Notes under the pieces: generated by a model
What the model saw: only the letters and a program-made list of their open reading frames with translations
Told to the model about the DNA's origin: nothing
The model's database searches: none
Shown here: positions 1-12,572 of the stretch, piece by piece
Layout of the letters: the number at the start of each line of letters is the position of its first letter
Numbering within the stretch: position 1 is the first letter of the stretch
Translations under genes and position numbers: made by a program
Assembly (NCBI GenBank): GCA_000165425.1
Contig: CT868076.1
Coordinates: forward strand, 1-64,000
Direction: 5' to 3'
Source of the DNA: Paramecium tetraurelia
Lineage: Eukaryota
DNA: 64,000 nt

Positions 1-9
1 AAATTTTTA

Positions 10-57
10 CCCCAAACCCACCCCCAAACCCAACCCCAAACCCCAAACCCCAAACCC
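10..57 (+). repeat. Telomeric repeat tract (C-rich strand), chromosome end
   Basis: ccccaaacccacccccaaacccaaccccaaaccccaaaccccaaaccc at the very start of the sequence. Resembles the mixed C4A2/C3A3 Paramecium macronuclear telomere. Confidence 0.9.
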
Positions 58-1112
58 TAATTATTAAGTGCAGTTTAAGATATGGTTATCACTTTCTAAA
101 TGTTTAAAAGACTATGAGTATTATCAGGATCTAATTAATAAAGAAAAAATTTTGGTAAGAGAATAGAGATCACCACTATCACTGATTGTTTAATAATTCC
201 TTTGACGAAAAACCAAATTGAGGTTAGATAGGAATTTAATATACAAGATGGAAGATTATTAATGTGGAGATGGTTTAGTTAGTATTCTAAAGAAAAACAA
301 ACAGTTAAAATTATTAAAATACTATTAAAAATAAACTCTAAAAATAATTTGAAAATAAATAAAGAAAAATTAGCCATTATTAAATTTACCAAAATCTAAT
401 TAATATAAAGTCCGAAAATATTTACGAATTAAAGATGTTAAAAATCTTAAGAAAAGGAAAACAATGGTAAGACCTATAGAAAAACATTGTAATTATAATT
501 AATTTGAGAAATTTGAAATTAAGAATAAATGAAGCCTGATGATTTTTATGTTAATGTATTTATCCTCCCTAATAAGATTAAATAATAATAATATAAATCT
601 ATGATTTACATTTAACTTAAAATGTTCATGAATAATTAATTTTACCTTGATCAAAACTTTAAATTATAGGTTAATTAATTAATTATTCTTTGAATTTTGT
701 CTTTATGATTTCCTAATTCTGGATCTAAATTAAAGATAATTCATAAAAATCTTCTAGATGTTTCTCTCTCTTTAGACTAAATACACAATTTTATTGTAAT
801 CAATGCATTATATGATATGTATGTTATTTATTTTTTAGATGATTTGTCCCAATTACATAAAAGTGAGGAATTATATGAGAAATAATCTTAAAGGGGAAGA
901 AAGGACAAAGAGTCAAAATCATTTATTTGAATAACAAAGTCCTCATACACATTTTGGTTACCATTTCAATACCATTTTTTAAATTTATAATAAGAACTCA
1001 TTAAGAACAGTATTTTGTTTTTGAAAAACTAATTAATAGTAACTAATTAATTAAGTACTATTTAGCTGAATGATTTTTATGTAAAAATCTATAATATTAT
1101 ATTCTAATATGA

Positions 1113-4100
1113 TCAAATGATAAAATAGCCTAAAATAAATGTTAATGATGTTAGTATTAACCTTTAAGCCGTATTAGTATTATTATTATTTGTATCATTG
1201 ATTGTGTTATTGACATTACTACTTGGCTAATCTTATTTGGTACAAACTTAGCATTTATTTGTTGCGCTGTCCCATGTATATGCATATCCTGAAAGTCTAA
1301 AACAATCAGTTTAGTTTAATGTTGAAGGATCAGTGGCTCTACACATTCCATTAATCAAGGAACATAATTATTATGATTATTTATCCCAATTAAAGAATCT
1401 TGAACAAGTTCCACACAAGGCATTATTTGTAGCACAGGTATGACTTGTACATTTACTTGTAACATTAGAAGTTGCTGGACATCCATGAACATCTTATCTA
1501 TATGCTAGCTAAACAAGCAGTTTAGTCCTTATTTGCAGATGAACATAGAATTCATCAAAGTACAAGTCCCGCTATCAGTTATAGCTTTTGTAGAAGTTGA
1601 TTAATTAAATACACAAGGTCCATCTAATCCACCAAAATTACAAGCAGCTTTAGTTGTATAAGTTGAACATTTTGCCTTTGGGATACAAATAGTTCCATTT
1701 GAAAGACAAGATTGTAAAGCAGCTTGGCAAACACTAATTGATATTCCATTCTGAATATCTGCACAAGAAAGTAATCTACATTTGGCTGTATTATTATTTG
1801 TAGTAGAACCAACCTCCCAAAAGCAAATTCCATCATTTCCAACAGCTGTTGAACAAATAATTTAGGTAGAATAACTAGAACAATTTGTTTTAAGTAAACA
1901 TTTAGTACCATCTGAAGTACATGTTGATAATTAAGCAATTACAAATTGAATGAGTAACACCATTCAAATCAGAGCAAATTTAATCTCTACAACCACTTGT
2001 ACTCAAATCCCAAGTACAAACTCCTGTTGAAGTTATAACACCAGATTCAACTACAGATCCTTTATCATTTACCTAACATCCTGGTTAGGATTTATATGTT
2101 GAACATGCACCTAAAGGAATGCAACCCGTAGTTCCATCTGTTGTACATTTTTTATTAGCAATTTAACAATCTTTATGAGTTGCATAAAAGGCATCTGCAC
2201 ATGATTTAAATGGTTTACAAATCTTAGGATCAGAAGAATTCAAAGCAGGAGCAGATTAAATGCAAGATCCATCATAACCTGTAACACATCCACCATCAAT
2301 ATTTGTCTCAGTACATGTAGTAATTCCAATACAATTAGTTCCATTAGTTGTACATTTATTACTTATCAATTTACAAGATTCATCACTATTCCAAGCTAAA
2401 CTCTTGCATGATGTATATGCAAAACAAGCTCCTTTTGAACCATCACTATTGACAAACTTCTCAATCCATAAACACGGTCCATTTGTACCTTCAATACAAG
2501 CTTCTCTAATAGTAGTTGATTCACAACTTTATACTCTAGCACATCTACCATTTGGTCCAGCAGTACATTCTTATCTTTAAGTTTAACAAATGGCGTGAGT
2601 TGTTCCTATAAAATCTTGACAATCTTTATCTCTACACTTATTTAATGTATAATCCCATGCACATATTGTACCATTTAATGCAGTTATACAAGCTGCATTT
2701 ATAGTAGCAGCAGAACAACTTGATTTAGTAACACACCCACCTCCACTTTTTGTTGTACAATTTGTAAAATACTTTGCACAATCTACATCTGTTTATAAAC
2801 TAATTGGGGCAGTATTACATGTTTTAATTGTACAATATGCTGCAGTAATTACAACATTTTGAGAATTTACAACATCTGGTATCCATTCACAAGATTATCC
2901 AGTAGAAGATACAACACATCCTGCTTTATTTTAAGCTTAAACACAAGTTCCTCTGGTTACACAATTAATACCATTTGTTGTACAAGTAGATAAGGCCTAG
3001 TTGCATAGCTCATCTGTTTTTAAAGCATAATCTTCACAGATTTTTATTTTGCATTTTATAACATCTATTGTACATCCATATAAATAGTTATTGCATTATT
3101 CAGCAGTAGCTATTTCTTCAGGAGCATTTTCACAAGTTTTAGTAATACAATCTGATTTATTCCAATAACAAGGCTGTCCAGCACGATTGTAGCGACATTA
3201 TTGCTCATTCATTAACTCACAAATTTCTGGAATATCTATACATCCTTATCCATTTAAAGAAACCGTACATTTATTATTGAAATAGGCTTTGCATTTTGCA
3301 TCATTATCATATTCTGATGTGGCAGGAGCAGTAGAACAGGATTTATCATTGCATTCTTTTCCATTCCAACCACAAGGATCTCCAACATCATTTATTTTAC
3401 ATTATTCACTATGGATATAAGTTGAACAGGCTGCAGTTTATTAACATCCTCTTAAAATTGGTTATGCTCCATTGTCACCTGGACTAGCATACACCGTACA
3501 TCTAATAGTTGATCGTATTATAATAATTGAAGCAATCATTGTGAGTTAATATTGAAGTAGGAGCAGTTGTACATGACTTATCTTAACAAGCAGGTTCAGG
3601 TAAACTACTATTTGTATTCCAAGCACAATCTATTCTACTAGCATTAACTCTGCATTAATCCTCAATAGTATATGAACTACATGGTCCTCTTGCCATACAA
3701 CCAAGAACAGCTACCTTATTAACAGCTCTGACTGTACAAAGTAAATATTCATCAACTGTATAGCAGGCATTATGAGAATTAAATAAATTTGAAACTTCTA
3801 TATTTGCACAAACCAAATCTACACATGACTTAACAGTAGGATTCCAGTAACATTTTTTATCATTCATATCTAATTTACATTATAGTTATGTTTTATATAA
3901 TGAACAGGCAGTTCTGACTTGACATCCACCTGCTCTTGCAACTGTACAAGCCTATGAATAATTGGAGCATTCTGAATCATTATGAGAAGCATCTGATGGG
4001 GCTGTGTCACATCCTTTTCTAATGCAAATAGAATTAAACACTACACAAACTCCTTCTATTGCATTAAAACATATAGTTGATTTTTAATCGGAACATTTAG

Positions 4101-7100
4101 TAGCCATAATAATACAACCATTATTAGTCTAATTTACCGTGCAAGTTTTTAGCCAAGCAAAACAATTATCATGATTAAATATAAAACCTGTGGCATTTGC
4201 ACAAGTCCTAGCCATACATGCTGTACTTCCATTTACAGTACATCCAGCTTTGATTGTACTACAATTATCATGAGTATAATTGCCTGTTCCTAAAAATACT
4301 TTTTTCACAGGTAGAAGCACTTAAGGCAGGTACACATGCTGAATCATTACTAGTAGATGCAATACATAATCCTTCTCCTTGCTTGATAGCAACCACTCAT
4401 AGCAGTTGAATATGCAGAACATTATGCTGCTTTTTAAACACAAGCAGTCTTAGCTCTATTAACACTGCATCCCAAATTATATGATTAACATATTTCATAA
4501 GTTAATGATACACCTGTAATCTTAGCACAATCGGTAGAAACATTTAAAATAGTAATACAAGTGTTTGAATTATAGAGGTAGCATTTTGCATTTATAGATG
4601 AAGTACAAGATGCAGTTGTTCCTGAATATTATTCGCATGTTGACTTATAATCTTAACATTAAGTGCCATCATTTACTGAAGTACAACCTTTGTTATAAGA
4701 CTAACATATATTATGATTCAGATTAGCCCCAGTAATTTTACTACAAGTGGGACTTGTTATTTAGTAGCAAGAATTTTCATACCATAAACAGGAAGTACCA
4801 TTAGTTAATGCAACACATTAATTCTAAGTTGTATAATTCTTACAATTTGTCTAAGCATGTTAACATCCAGTACCATCCTTTAGATTAATACATTCACTAT
4901 TATATTATTAACACTTTGCAAGGTTGAGTCCTGTCTTTCCATTTACTAAGCTGCATTAAACTGAAGGATTTGAGAAATCATTGCAATTTGATGAGCCATC
5001 CCATATGCAACCTATAGGACAATTTTCTTTTAAAGTATAAGCTGAACAAGTGGATTTCTTTTCCTAACAAGCAGTTTCTGAATAGTTAACTGTGCAATTA
5101 GGATTATATAAAGCACATATATCTTTGGTCAGATTGATATCAGTTACATAAGCACAATGAGTAGTAACATTGGTGACAGTGATGCATGTCGAATACCATA
5201 AACAGTATCCTGCTGATCCAGAATCCTACGACCTAGTGCAATTTTCACTTTTTGTATAATCCGCACAACTGTTTTTCTTTTCTTAACAAGAGGTTCCTGC
5301 TTTATTGACTGTGCATCCATTGTTATAAGAAATACAAATATCATGAGTTAAATTTGTACCAACTACATATACACAGTCAGTAGTTACATCACTAATAGAA
5401 GTACAGCTAGATTTCCAAATGCATTTAGAACTTGAGGAAACAGAACATGAATCCTAATTTTGATAATCAGAACATGTGCTTTTTTTATCTTAACAGGCAG
5501 TCCCATTTTTATTTGATGTGCATGTAGAGCTATACCCAGAGCAATCGGAATCAGTCAAACCTGAAGATGCAGTAATGGCTGCACAATCAGTTAACAATTC
5601 TCTTGCAGTAACACATTTTGAATTGAAATAAAGACATACATTAAAAGGAGATGCAGCAGCTGAATATGTGCAAGAGTTTTCTGTTGTATAATTTGCACAA
5701 ATTGCATTTCTTTCTTGACAGCCAGAATAATCTGCTTTGACTGTGCAACCACTATGAAAAGATACACAAGTAGCATCGCTAAATTACTCGTTAGCAGGTT
5801 TCAAAATATTTGTACATTAAGTAGCAGGATCTGTAATTGTAGTGCATTATGAAGCCTTCCAAATACATCTAACTTTAGATTATGAATTTCCTGCATAACT
5901 ACACTTAGATATATCTGAGTATGATGTACAACTTGATAAAAGTTGTTAACACGCAGTTTTCTCAGCATTTGCAATGCAGCCAGCATTGAAAGTAGCACAA
6001 AAATTATCTGTTGTTGTAAAAGAGGGGTTTACAATAGCTACATTCTAGGTATCGCATTAACTGGCAGATGTTATTTAATAGCACACAGCATCTTTGCTCC
6101 AACCACAGAGTCCAGCATTTCCATTAGTTAAAGTTCTAATACAAGATTACGCTTTGTTAACATATTCTGCACAAGCAGATTTCATCTAATAGCAACTCTT
6201 CATGTTTGAAGTGGACCAGCATTCTTTAAGCAATCCATTGCAATAAGTACTAGTTAAATTAGTACCAGAAACTGAAGCACATTAATAAGGACTTGTTAAA
6301 AATATACATTTATTATCTATCCAAGCACAATAACCATCATTTAAAGATTTATAACAAGTTTTTGAATCTGAGTATTAATTACAATTTGATTGAATTTATT
6401 GACATCCAACTGCACTAAATTAAGGGATGCAAGAAGCATGATAATTAGCACATTATTAATCTGTAGCAAAAAGAGAGGTTAGGACCTTAGCACATTGATT
6501 AGCAGGGTCAGTCACATAAGTGCAATTCGAACCAGTCCATATACAAAATCCTGCCGTACCAGAAGCTAAAGATTATTAGCAATCACCTTCTATATCATAA
6601 TCTGAACAATTAGGCTTTTTTCCATAACAGCCATCTCTCGTTATTTTTGTTGTACATAATGGATTAATTGAAGGGCAATAACTGGCAGTTAAATCTGTTC
6701 CTGTAATATATTGGCACAGAGAACCAGATGTAAATGGTTAACAATGTGCCCCATCCCAAATACAACTTGCTGCTGTACCTAATGCTAAGGAAGTTGTACA
6801 ATACTATTCTTCTGTGTAAATACTACATGAACCTTATTTTATAAAGCATTCAGACCCATCTTTTTTAGCCGCAAAAGCCGGATTGAACTAGGCACATCTT
6901 GCACTTGACATTTAATTGTCCTTAATAGATCCAGCAATTGTAGCAAGTAATGTCATTATACTACAAATTCCATTATTCCATATACATTTTCCTGCTGTGT
7001 CAGCTGCCTATGATAGAGTACATGAACTTTTAGTGAAATATAAACCACATTAAGCTTTTTTCTCCTAACAGCCTGTCTTTTCGTAATTTACAGTGCAATT

Positions 7101-10100
7101 ATCATTATAAGTAGCACAAAATGAATCGGTCAGATTTGTTCCAGTTATGTAGGAACAATGAGTAGCAACAACTGTAAGTGCAATACAAGCTGTACCACTC
7201 CAAACACATTAGCTTTCTTTTAAGCTAGCTGCAGATACTGTGCATTATTCTTGAGATCGGTATAAAGCGCATGTAGCTCTCCTTTCTTAACATACTGTAT
7301 TTTATTTATTTACAGTGCAATTTATGTTATAGCCATTACATATTTAATGAGTAAGATTTGTTCCAGTAATTGAAGAGCAATTAGAAAAACGAATACAATC
7401 GGAACCATTTAAATAGCACTTACCTTATTACGACACTGTGCAATTAACAGTATTACCAGTATAAGCAGTGCAATTTTCTTTAAATTCTTAACACCCATTT
7501 CCATTACCTAAAGATGTACATGCAATATTGTATGCTTAACATTTAGCATGATCAAGTCCTGACCCACTTATAAGTGAGCATTCAGACGCTGAACTCACTG
7601 CTTAACAACTTGGTGGTGTGGCTTTATTCATGACACAATTTGCTTGTGTTCCAGTTGCATTTGATTTATAACAATTTGCTTCTGATGTCCCATATTCTGC
7701 ACATGTAGATTAAATTATAATACAACCACTACCATTCTTTTTAACAGAACAGGTTGGATCCACATTTTAGCAATCTTAGAATGTCAATCCACTTCCAATT
7801 TTTAAAGTGCAATCCAATGTACATGTAGTAAAACTTCTAGCATTGGCTTCATTTGTACATCCATCTCTATAAGCTTGACACATATCTTGTGTCCCTTTAA
7901 ATGTAGAACAAGTTCCTGTTGCTAATTCTGACAATGAGTAGCATATTCCATTTATCCATTTACAATCATCTAGACCTGTTAAATTTGATAAAGTCTAATG
8001 GCATTAACTGGAAATCTTGTAATTCGAACAAATTGGCTATTTTTGAACACACCCTTACCCTCCTATTTTTGCAATTATTGTGCATCTCTCATTTTGTGTG
8101 TTGTAATTAAGGCATTCTTTATCTGAATCAAAGAGGTCAGAATCCGGAGTGTCATCACAAATTGCATTTCTACAAAATGTTCCTGTCCAATAGCAATTTA
8201 AGGATGTAGAAGTAATTTTACAATTGTCTTAAATTTTATATGAAGAACAAGCAGAGGCTAAGGGAAAGCATGCTGTACCATCATCATTAACTGTGCATGA
8301 TTTTAATATTGTATTGCAATCATCATGTGTTGTTTATATTATATTTGTGCATAGCTTATCGACACAATTAGTTCCATTCCAAAGGCAATCGCCATCAACT
8401 TTAGTTTGATCTCCACAATTTTACTAGACTAAGAGTGAACAACTTGTGGGCTTAGCCATGCATCCATCTTAAGTGTTATTTTAGATGCAAGGATATACTA
8501 TTTTAGTACATTAGCCTAGATAATTATGGGAAACGCATAGAATCATGTACTTTTAACAATTCCTAAAAGTGAATTACCCATCTAAAATTGGATAATCTCC
8601 TGCATATTAGTTATATCCTCCCTTTATGTTTGCAGTTGTGCAAGATTGTTCAACACACATTTTAGCTAAAGGATCCCATAAACAGATTGGATATCCTAAG
8701 GGAGTAATATTGCAATTGTAGGGCGATTTTCTAGCTTCGCAAGTTTTAGGTAAATCTTAGCATCCTTAAATAGTTGAACTTCCATTTACTGTAATAGGAT
8801 CATTAGCCACACAAGGAAATAAATAAGCTAGACATTCGAATGTTTATGAAAGAGTTTTTGGAGCAGTAGAGCAAGTTCCATTAACACATTAAGATCCTGT
8901 CCAACCACAAGATTTTTTATTAGCCTTTATTTTGCAACGCAGCTTCGTATTGTAATTGCCTCACATTTGAGAGGTAATGTAACACATCCTTTTCCAGTAT
9001 TACTTAATGTGCAACTTTAATGATAAGCTTAGCATTCAGAATGAAATGTTTAGAGAAGTCGAAGCCATTGAACATTGTCTCTTATAACATCTAGCCCTCC
9101 AAATGCATGTATTGCTGTTTATATCTTTATTACAAGTTGATTAAGTTAATGAATTCTCACATGTTTTTTCTACACATCCTGTATTTGTAGAATTTACAGT
9201 ACAGGTATTCAAAAAAGATTAACAAAGTTCGTGACTATTATTACTATGAGGGAGCATTTACACAAATTTTGTCTTTGCAACTTCCACTTGCAACATGCCA
9301 AAAGCACCAGATTGCAGCCTAATGAATTTTTGATACAAGCAACTTCTATTGATATAAGTGAACAAGTGGTGTTTATTGTGCATCCACCTCCATTTTTGGT
9401 TATACATTTATTTGCAGGTAAATATGTTTCACATGCATCATTTGTATTCAATGTTATAGGAGCATTGTCACATGTTCTCTTCTGACATCCTCCTCCTGAT
9501 TAAACTGTACATGTTGATAAATAAGAAGTACATTAATCATGATTAAGTATTAGATTTTGGAGCATTTACACATGTTTTTTCTTTGCAAGTTAAATCCCCA
9601 AATACAATCGAAATTATTGATGTTTTTTAACACATGCAGTTGAAATATTAGCAGCAGAACAATCTCCATTAAGTACACAACCTCCCCCTTACTTAGTTAT
9701 GCATCCTTTTGAAAATGCAGCACAAACTGAATTAGTTGTTAATGTAGTTGGTGCATTTGAACATATTTTATCCACACATGTAGTTCCAGTCCAATAACAA
9801 TCTTCATTTGTACTATTTTTAATACATGCAGCTTATTATTGTAGCAACTTAACAGGTGGTTCTAGTGATACATCCACCATTTAGTTTTGTTGTACATGAT
9901 CCATCAGTTTTGAATAATTTACAAGAATCATCAGTATTTAAAGTAGTAGGTGCATTATCACATATTCTATCTTTACATTATGTTCCATTCCAATAACATT
10001 CCATTTTCATTGATTAATCCCAAACACATTAAATTTTACTAAAGACTTTAATTCACTACAATTAAATTCCACTATCAACACATCCAACCCTCCTGATTTT

Positions 10101-10677
10101 GCAGTACAACTTTGTATTTCATGTCTACATTCTTTATCTGTTTAAAATTTAATTGGTAGTTTATCACAAGTATCAGCATCAACACAATTATTATTTTTTG
10201 AATCCCAATAACATAAACTACCGAATAAGCATTTTACACAAGATTATTGTCTTTTATATTTATCACAAGTATCAATTTCAATACAATGAATTCCATCAGT
10301 AATACATCTATTACTAATAGCTTAGCAATCTGAATCTGTTGTTTTGTTAAATGCTGTGCAATCAGTGAAAAATGTACACTATCCTTCGACCCAAGCACAA
10401 GCAGAATACGATCCACAATTACTACATGGTTTTTACTTCGGACATTCCAATTCTTTAAAATTATCACAATATTTTGCATAGTTGATGACTGGATTAGTTG
10501 TTGTATCCTAATTTTTTACATGTCTTCTTAGTGTTATCCCATTAACATTTTTTTCATATCATTTTCTCTGCAATCGTCTTCTGAAAGCAATTAGGAACAA
10601 TCACATTAAGAAATACTATACTATTAGCCTGTTACAAGAGCAACCAATAGGGTCAGGATCACTACTTTGATAATCAT
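1113..10677 (-). CDS. Variable surface antigen (immobilization antigen), 51A/51B/156G-like, copy 1; ~3180 aa; several apparent frameshifts
   Basis: Ciliate-code translation starts with a signal peptide, MIIKVVILTLLVALVTGQQYSISQCDCSQLLSEDDC. It continues as periodic Cys/Thr/Ser-rich repeats (C-x-W...C) and ends ...NTAQRLILTSLTFILGYFII-TGA, a hydrophobic GPI-type tail. The N-terminal ~700 aa follow the Paramecium A/G antigen pattern (CITDGIHCIE, CTAKSGGGCV, CKDRICDNAPTT). Confidence 0.92.
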
Positions 10678-10809
10678 AAATAGTAATAGAGAATATTTAA
10701 TTATTTATTTTTGAACATTTAACTATGTTATATTTTTGGTCTACTTTGAATATATGTTTATTTATACAAATTCTTTGTACAAATATAAAATATCCAAATC
10801 AAACTCTCA

Positions 10810-10828
10810 TCATTAATTAAATTAATGA
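10810..10828. promoter_or_regulatory. Conserved palindromic element TCATTAAT-n3-ATTAATGA ~130-150 bp upstream of the antigen ATG
   Basis: Present at an equivalent position in all four antigen genes (also ~23623-23641, ~41006-41024, ~54647-54665), while surrounding sequence in copy 1 is diverged. Confidence 0.6.
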
Positions 10829-10829
10829 G

Positions 10830-10937
10830 GATTCTGGCTTATAAGAACTATAGTATTACAAGATTCTGGTTGACAAGACAATAGTGTTAGAAGATTTTGG
10901 CTGACAAAACTATAGTATTAGAAGATTCTGGCTGACA
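10830..10937. repeat. ~31-bp tandem repeat (3.5 units) in the copy-1 antigen promoter
   Basis: gattctggcttataagaactatagtattacaa / gattctggttgacaagacaatagtgttagaa / gattttggctgacaaaactatagtattagaa / gattctggctgacagg. Confidence 0.9.
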
Positions 10938-12572
10938 GGTTTATTGTAAATTCTAATCAATAGTTCAAATCTACTATTTTTCATTACTAAAAATAGCTAA
11001 ATTTGAAACTAAACACTTTAACTATAAGGTTTCTCAACTTTTTGTATAACAATAAATTACTTATAATATACAATTTCTAAATGTTGTCATTTCAAACTTT
11101 CTCTCACTTTTGATAGCTTAAATTTTCTAAATATTGAATAACATAATTCTTCCTTCAGTCATTCATTCTTGATAATAATGTACAAAAGTATATAAGTCTT
11201 TCTTTTTGTTCTAACTCCTATTCAATTATTAGAACTTTTTTCGTTTGTTGAAGAAAAATTTTTTTAGTTCTAATTTAAAACGGTATTGATTTTGTATTAA
11301 ATAAAAAGTAATATTTTATATGTTCAAGTATCAACAAATTGGTTTAATAATATAAAAGTAAAAATAGTGAGGAACTAAAATAGGAACACATAAGATCATA
11401 CACTCCATTATTTTTATAAGATAAAATGGAGAATAATTTGTTAAATTAATATGTTTGATTAATACAGAGCAATGTGAAGAATTTGGCTTAAGCTATTACT
11501 GCCCACTATGAATAACGAGAATACAATTAAAGGAAATTGACTTTACATTAAATACCCCCTTCCTGTTGCCTTAAATTTAATGAAGTTTTATAAGGATCTA
11601 AATAATTCTCTGACTATAAATTGATCAAAAAGCATGGCGAGATTTTGTAGATAGGATCTTTATAATATGCATAATTATGTGGCTTAATTAATATAAAAAT
11701 TTATTGATAATAAAAATGACTATATGAAAATCCAATCTAACTAATGTGCAATAATTATGATTTCAAGGAAAAATCATATTTCATTCCTTCCATATTGGTA
11801 TTTGCACAATAAATCCAAATTAGTTTTTTTATTTTGAAAATAAATAAATGATTTAAACTATATTATATTACTATATACTAGATAGTTTTGTCTTTACAAC
11901 TTGTATTTAAACTTGGTTAATCAAATGAAAATTACATAAAATATATTCTATATAGTATTTCTGTTAACTTGTGATGCAAGTACAATTTTTATTAACTATT
12001 TACTTTATTTCCATACTGATTTACAAAAACACTTATAGGAAATTATTCATATTGAGTTTATACAAATAAAATTGACATAATTCCCACTATTATATTCTTT
12101 CTAAAATCTACAATATAGAAAAATTTGTTTGTAAGAAAATTAATTCTAATTTAACTAATTATACAATTGTCAAGAAATATTAACTGAAAATAAAGTAATT
12201 AAGATTTAGATCGAATAATTATTTTAGTAAAACACATATATTCAAATTTATTACTTACTTATTGATTCTTGTAGGATTAAGGTGTAAAATTTTTAAGTCT
12301 TATGTGAGATGGAGTTTATTGAGGTATTTTGATATTTAATACCCCCAATTTAGCTTAAGTATTTTATTTTTATTCAGAATCCTGCTTAAATATCTTCCAC
12401 TTATCCAAAAATGTGTTTAATCATCTTTATTAAATTAATATAAATTAATGAAATACCAGAAATGTAAATAATAATTTTCTACACTACTACTTGGTTATTT
12501 ATTATAGACTATCTAAATGAGAATAGTTGATTGAGATTTAATAATTACTATAATAAATATTATATATAAATA

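Noticed and set aside
60..300. Possible gene fragment next to the telomere (CGDG-like peptide)
   Set aside because: Single short motif with interrupted frames, not supportable.
1624..1938. Listed 104-aa ORF and the many similar short ORFs inside antigen genes
   Set aside because: They are shadow frames or stop-truncated fragments of the large antigen ORFs caused by using the wrong genetic code.
1113..10677. Assigning a specific serotype gene symbol (51A, 51B, 156G)
   Set aside because: Family resemblance is clear, but length and central region differ from the named alleles as I recall them. Orthology needs a phylogeny.
10830..10937. CRISPR-like appearance of the ~31-bp periodic array
   Set aside because: Units are contiguous tandem repeats with no unique spacers, the host is eukaryotic, and there are no cas genes.
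11460..11710. ~80-codon open frame on + (SNVKNLAQAITAHYEQREY...)
   Set aside because: No recognisable motif or clear start. Such frames are common by chance when TGA is the only stop.
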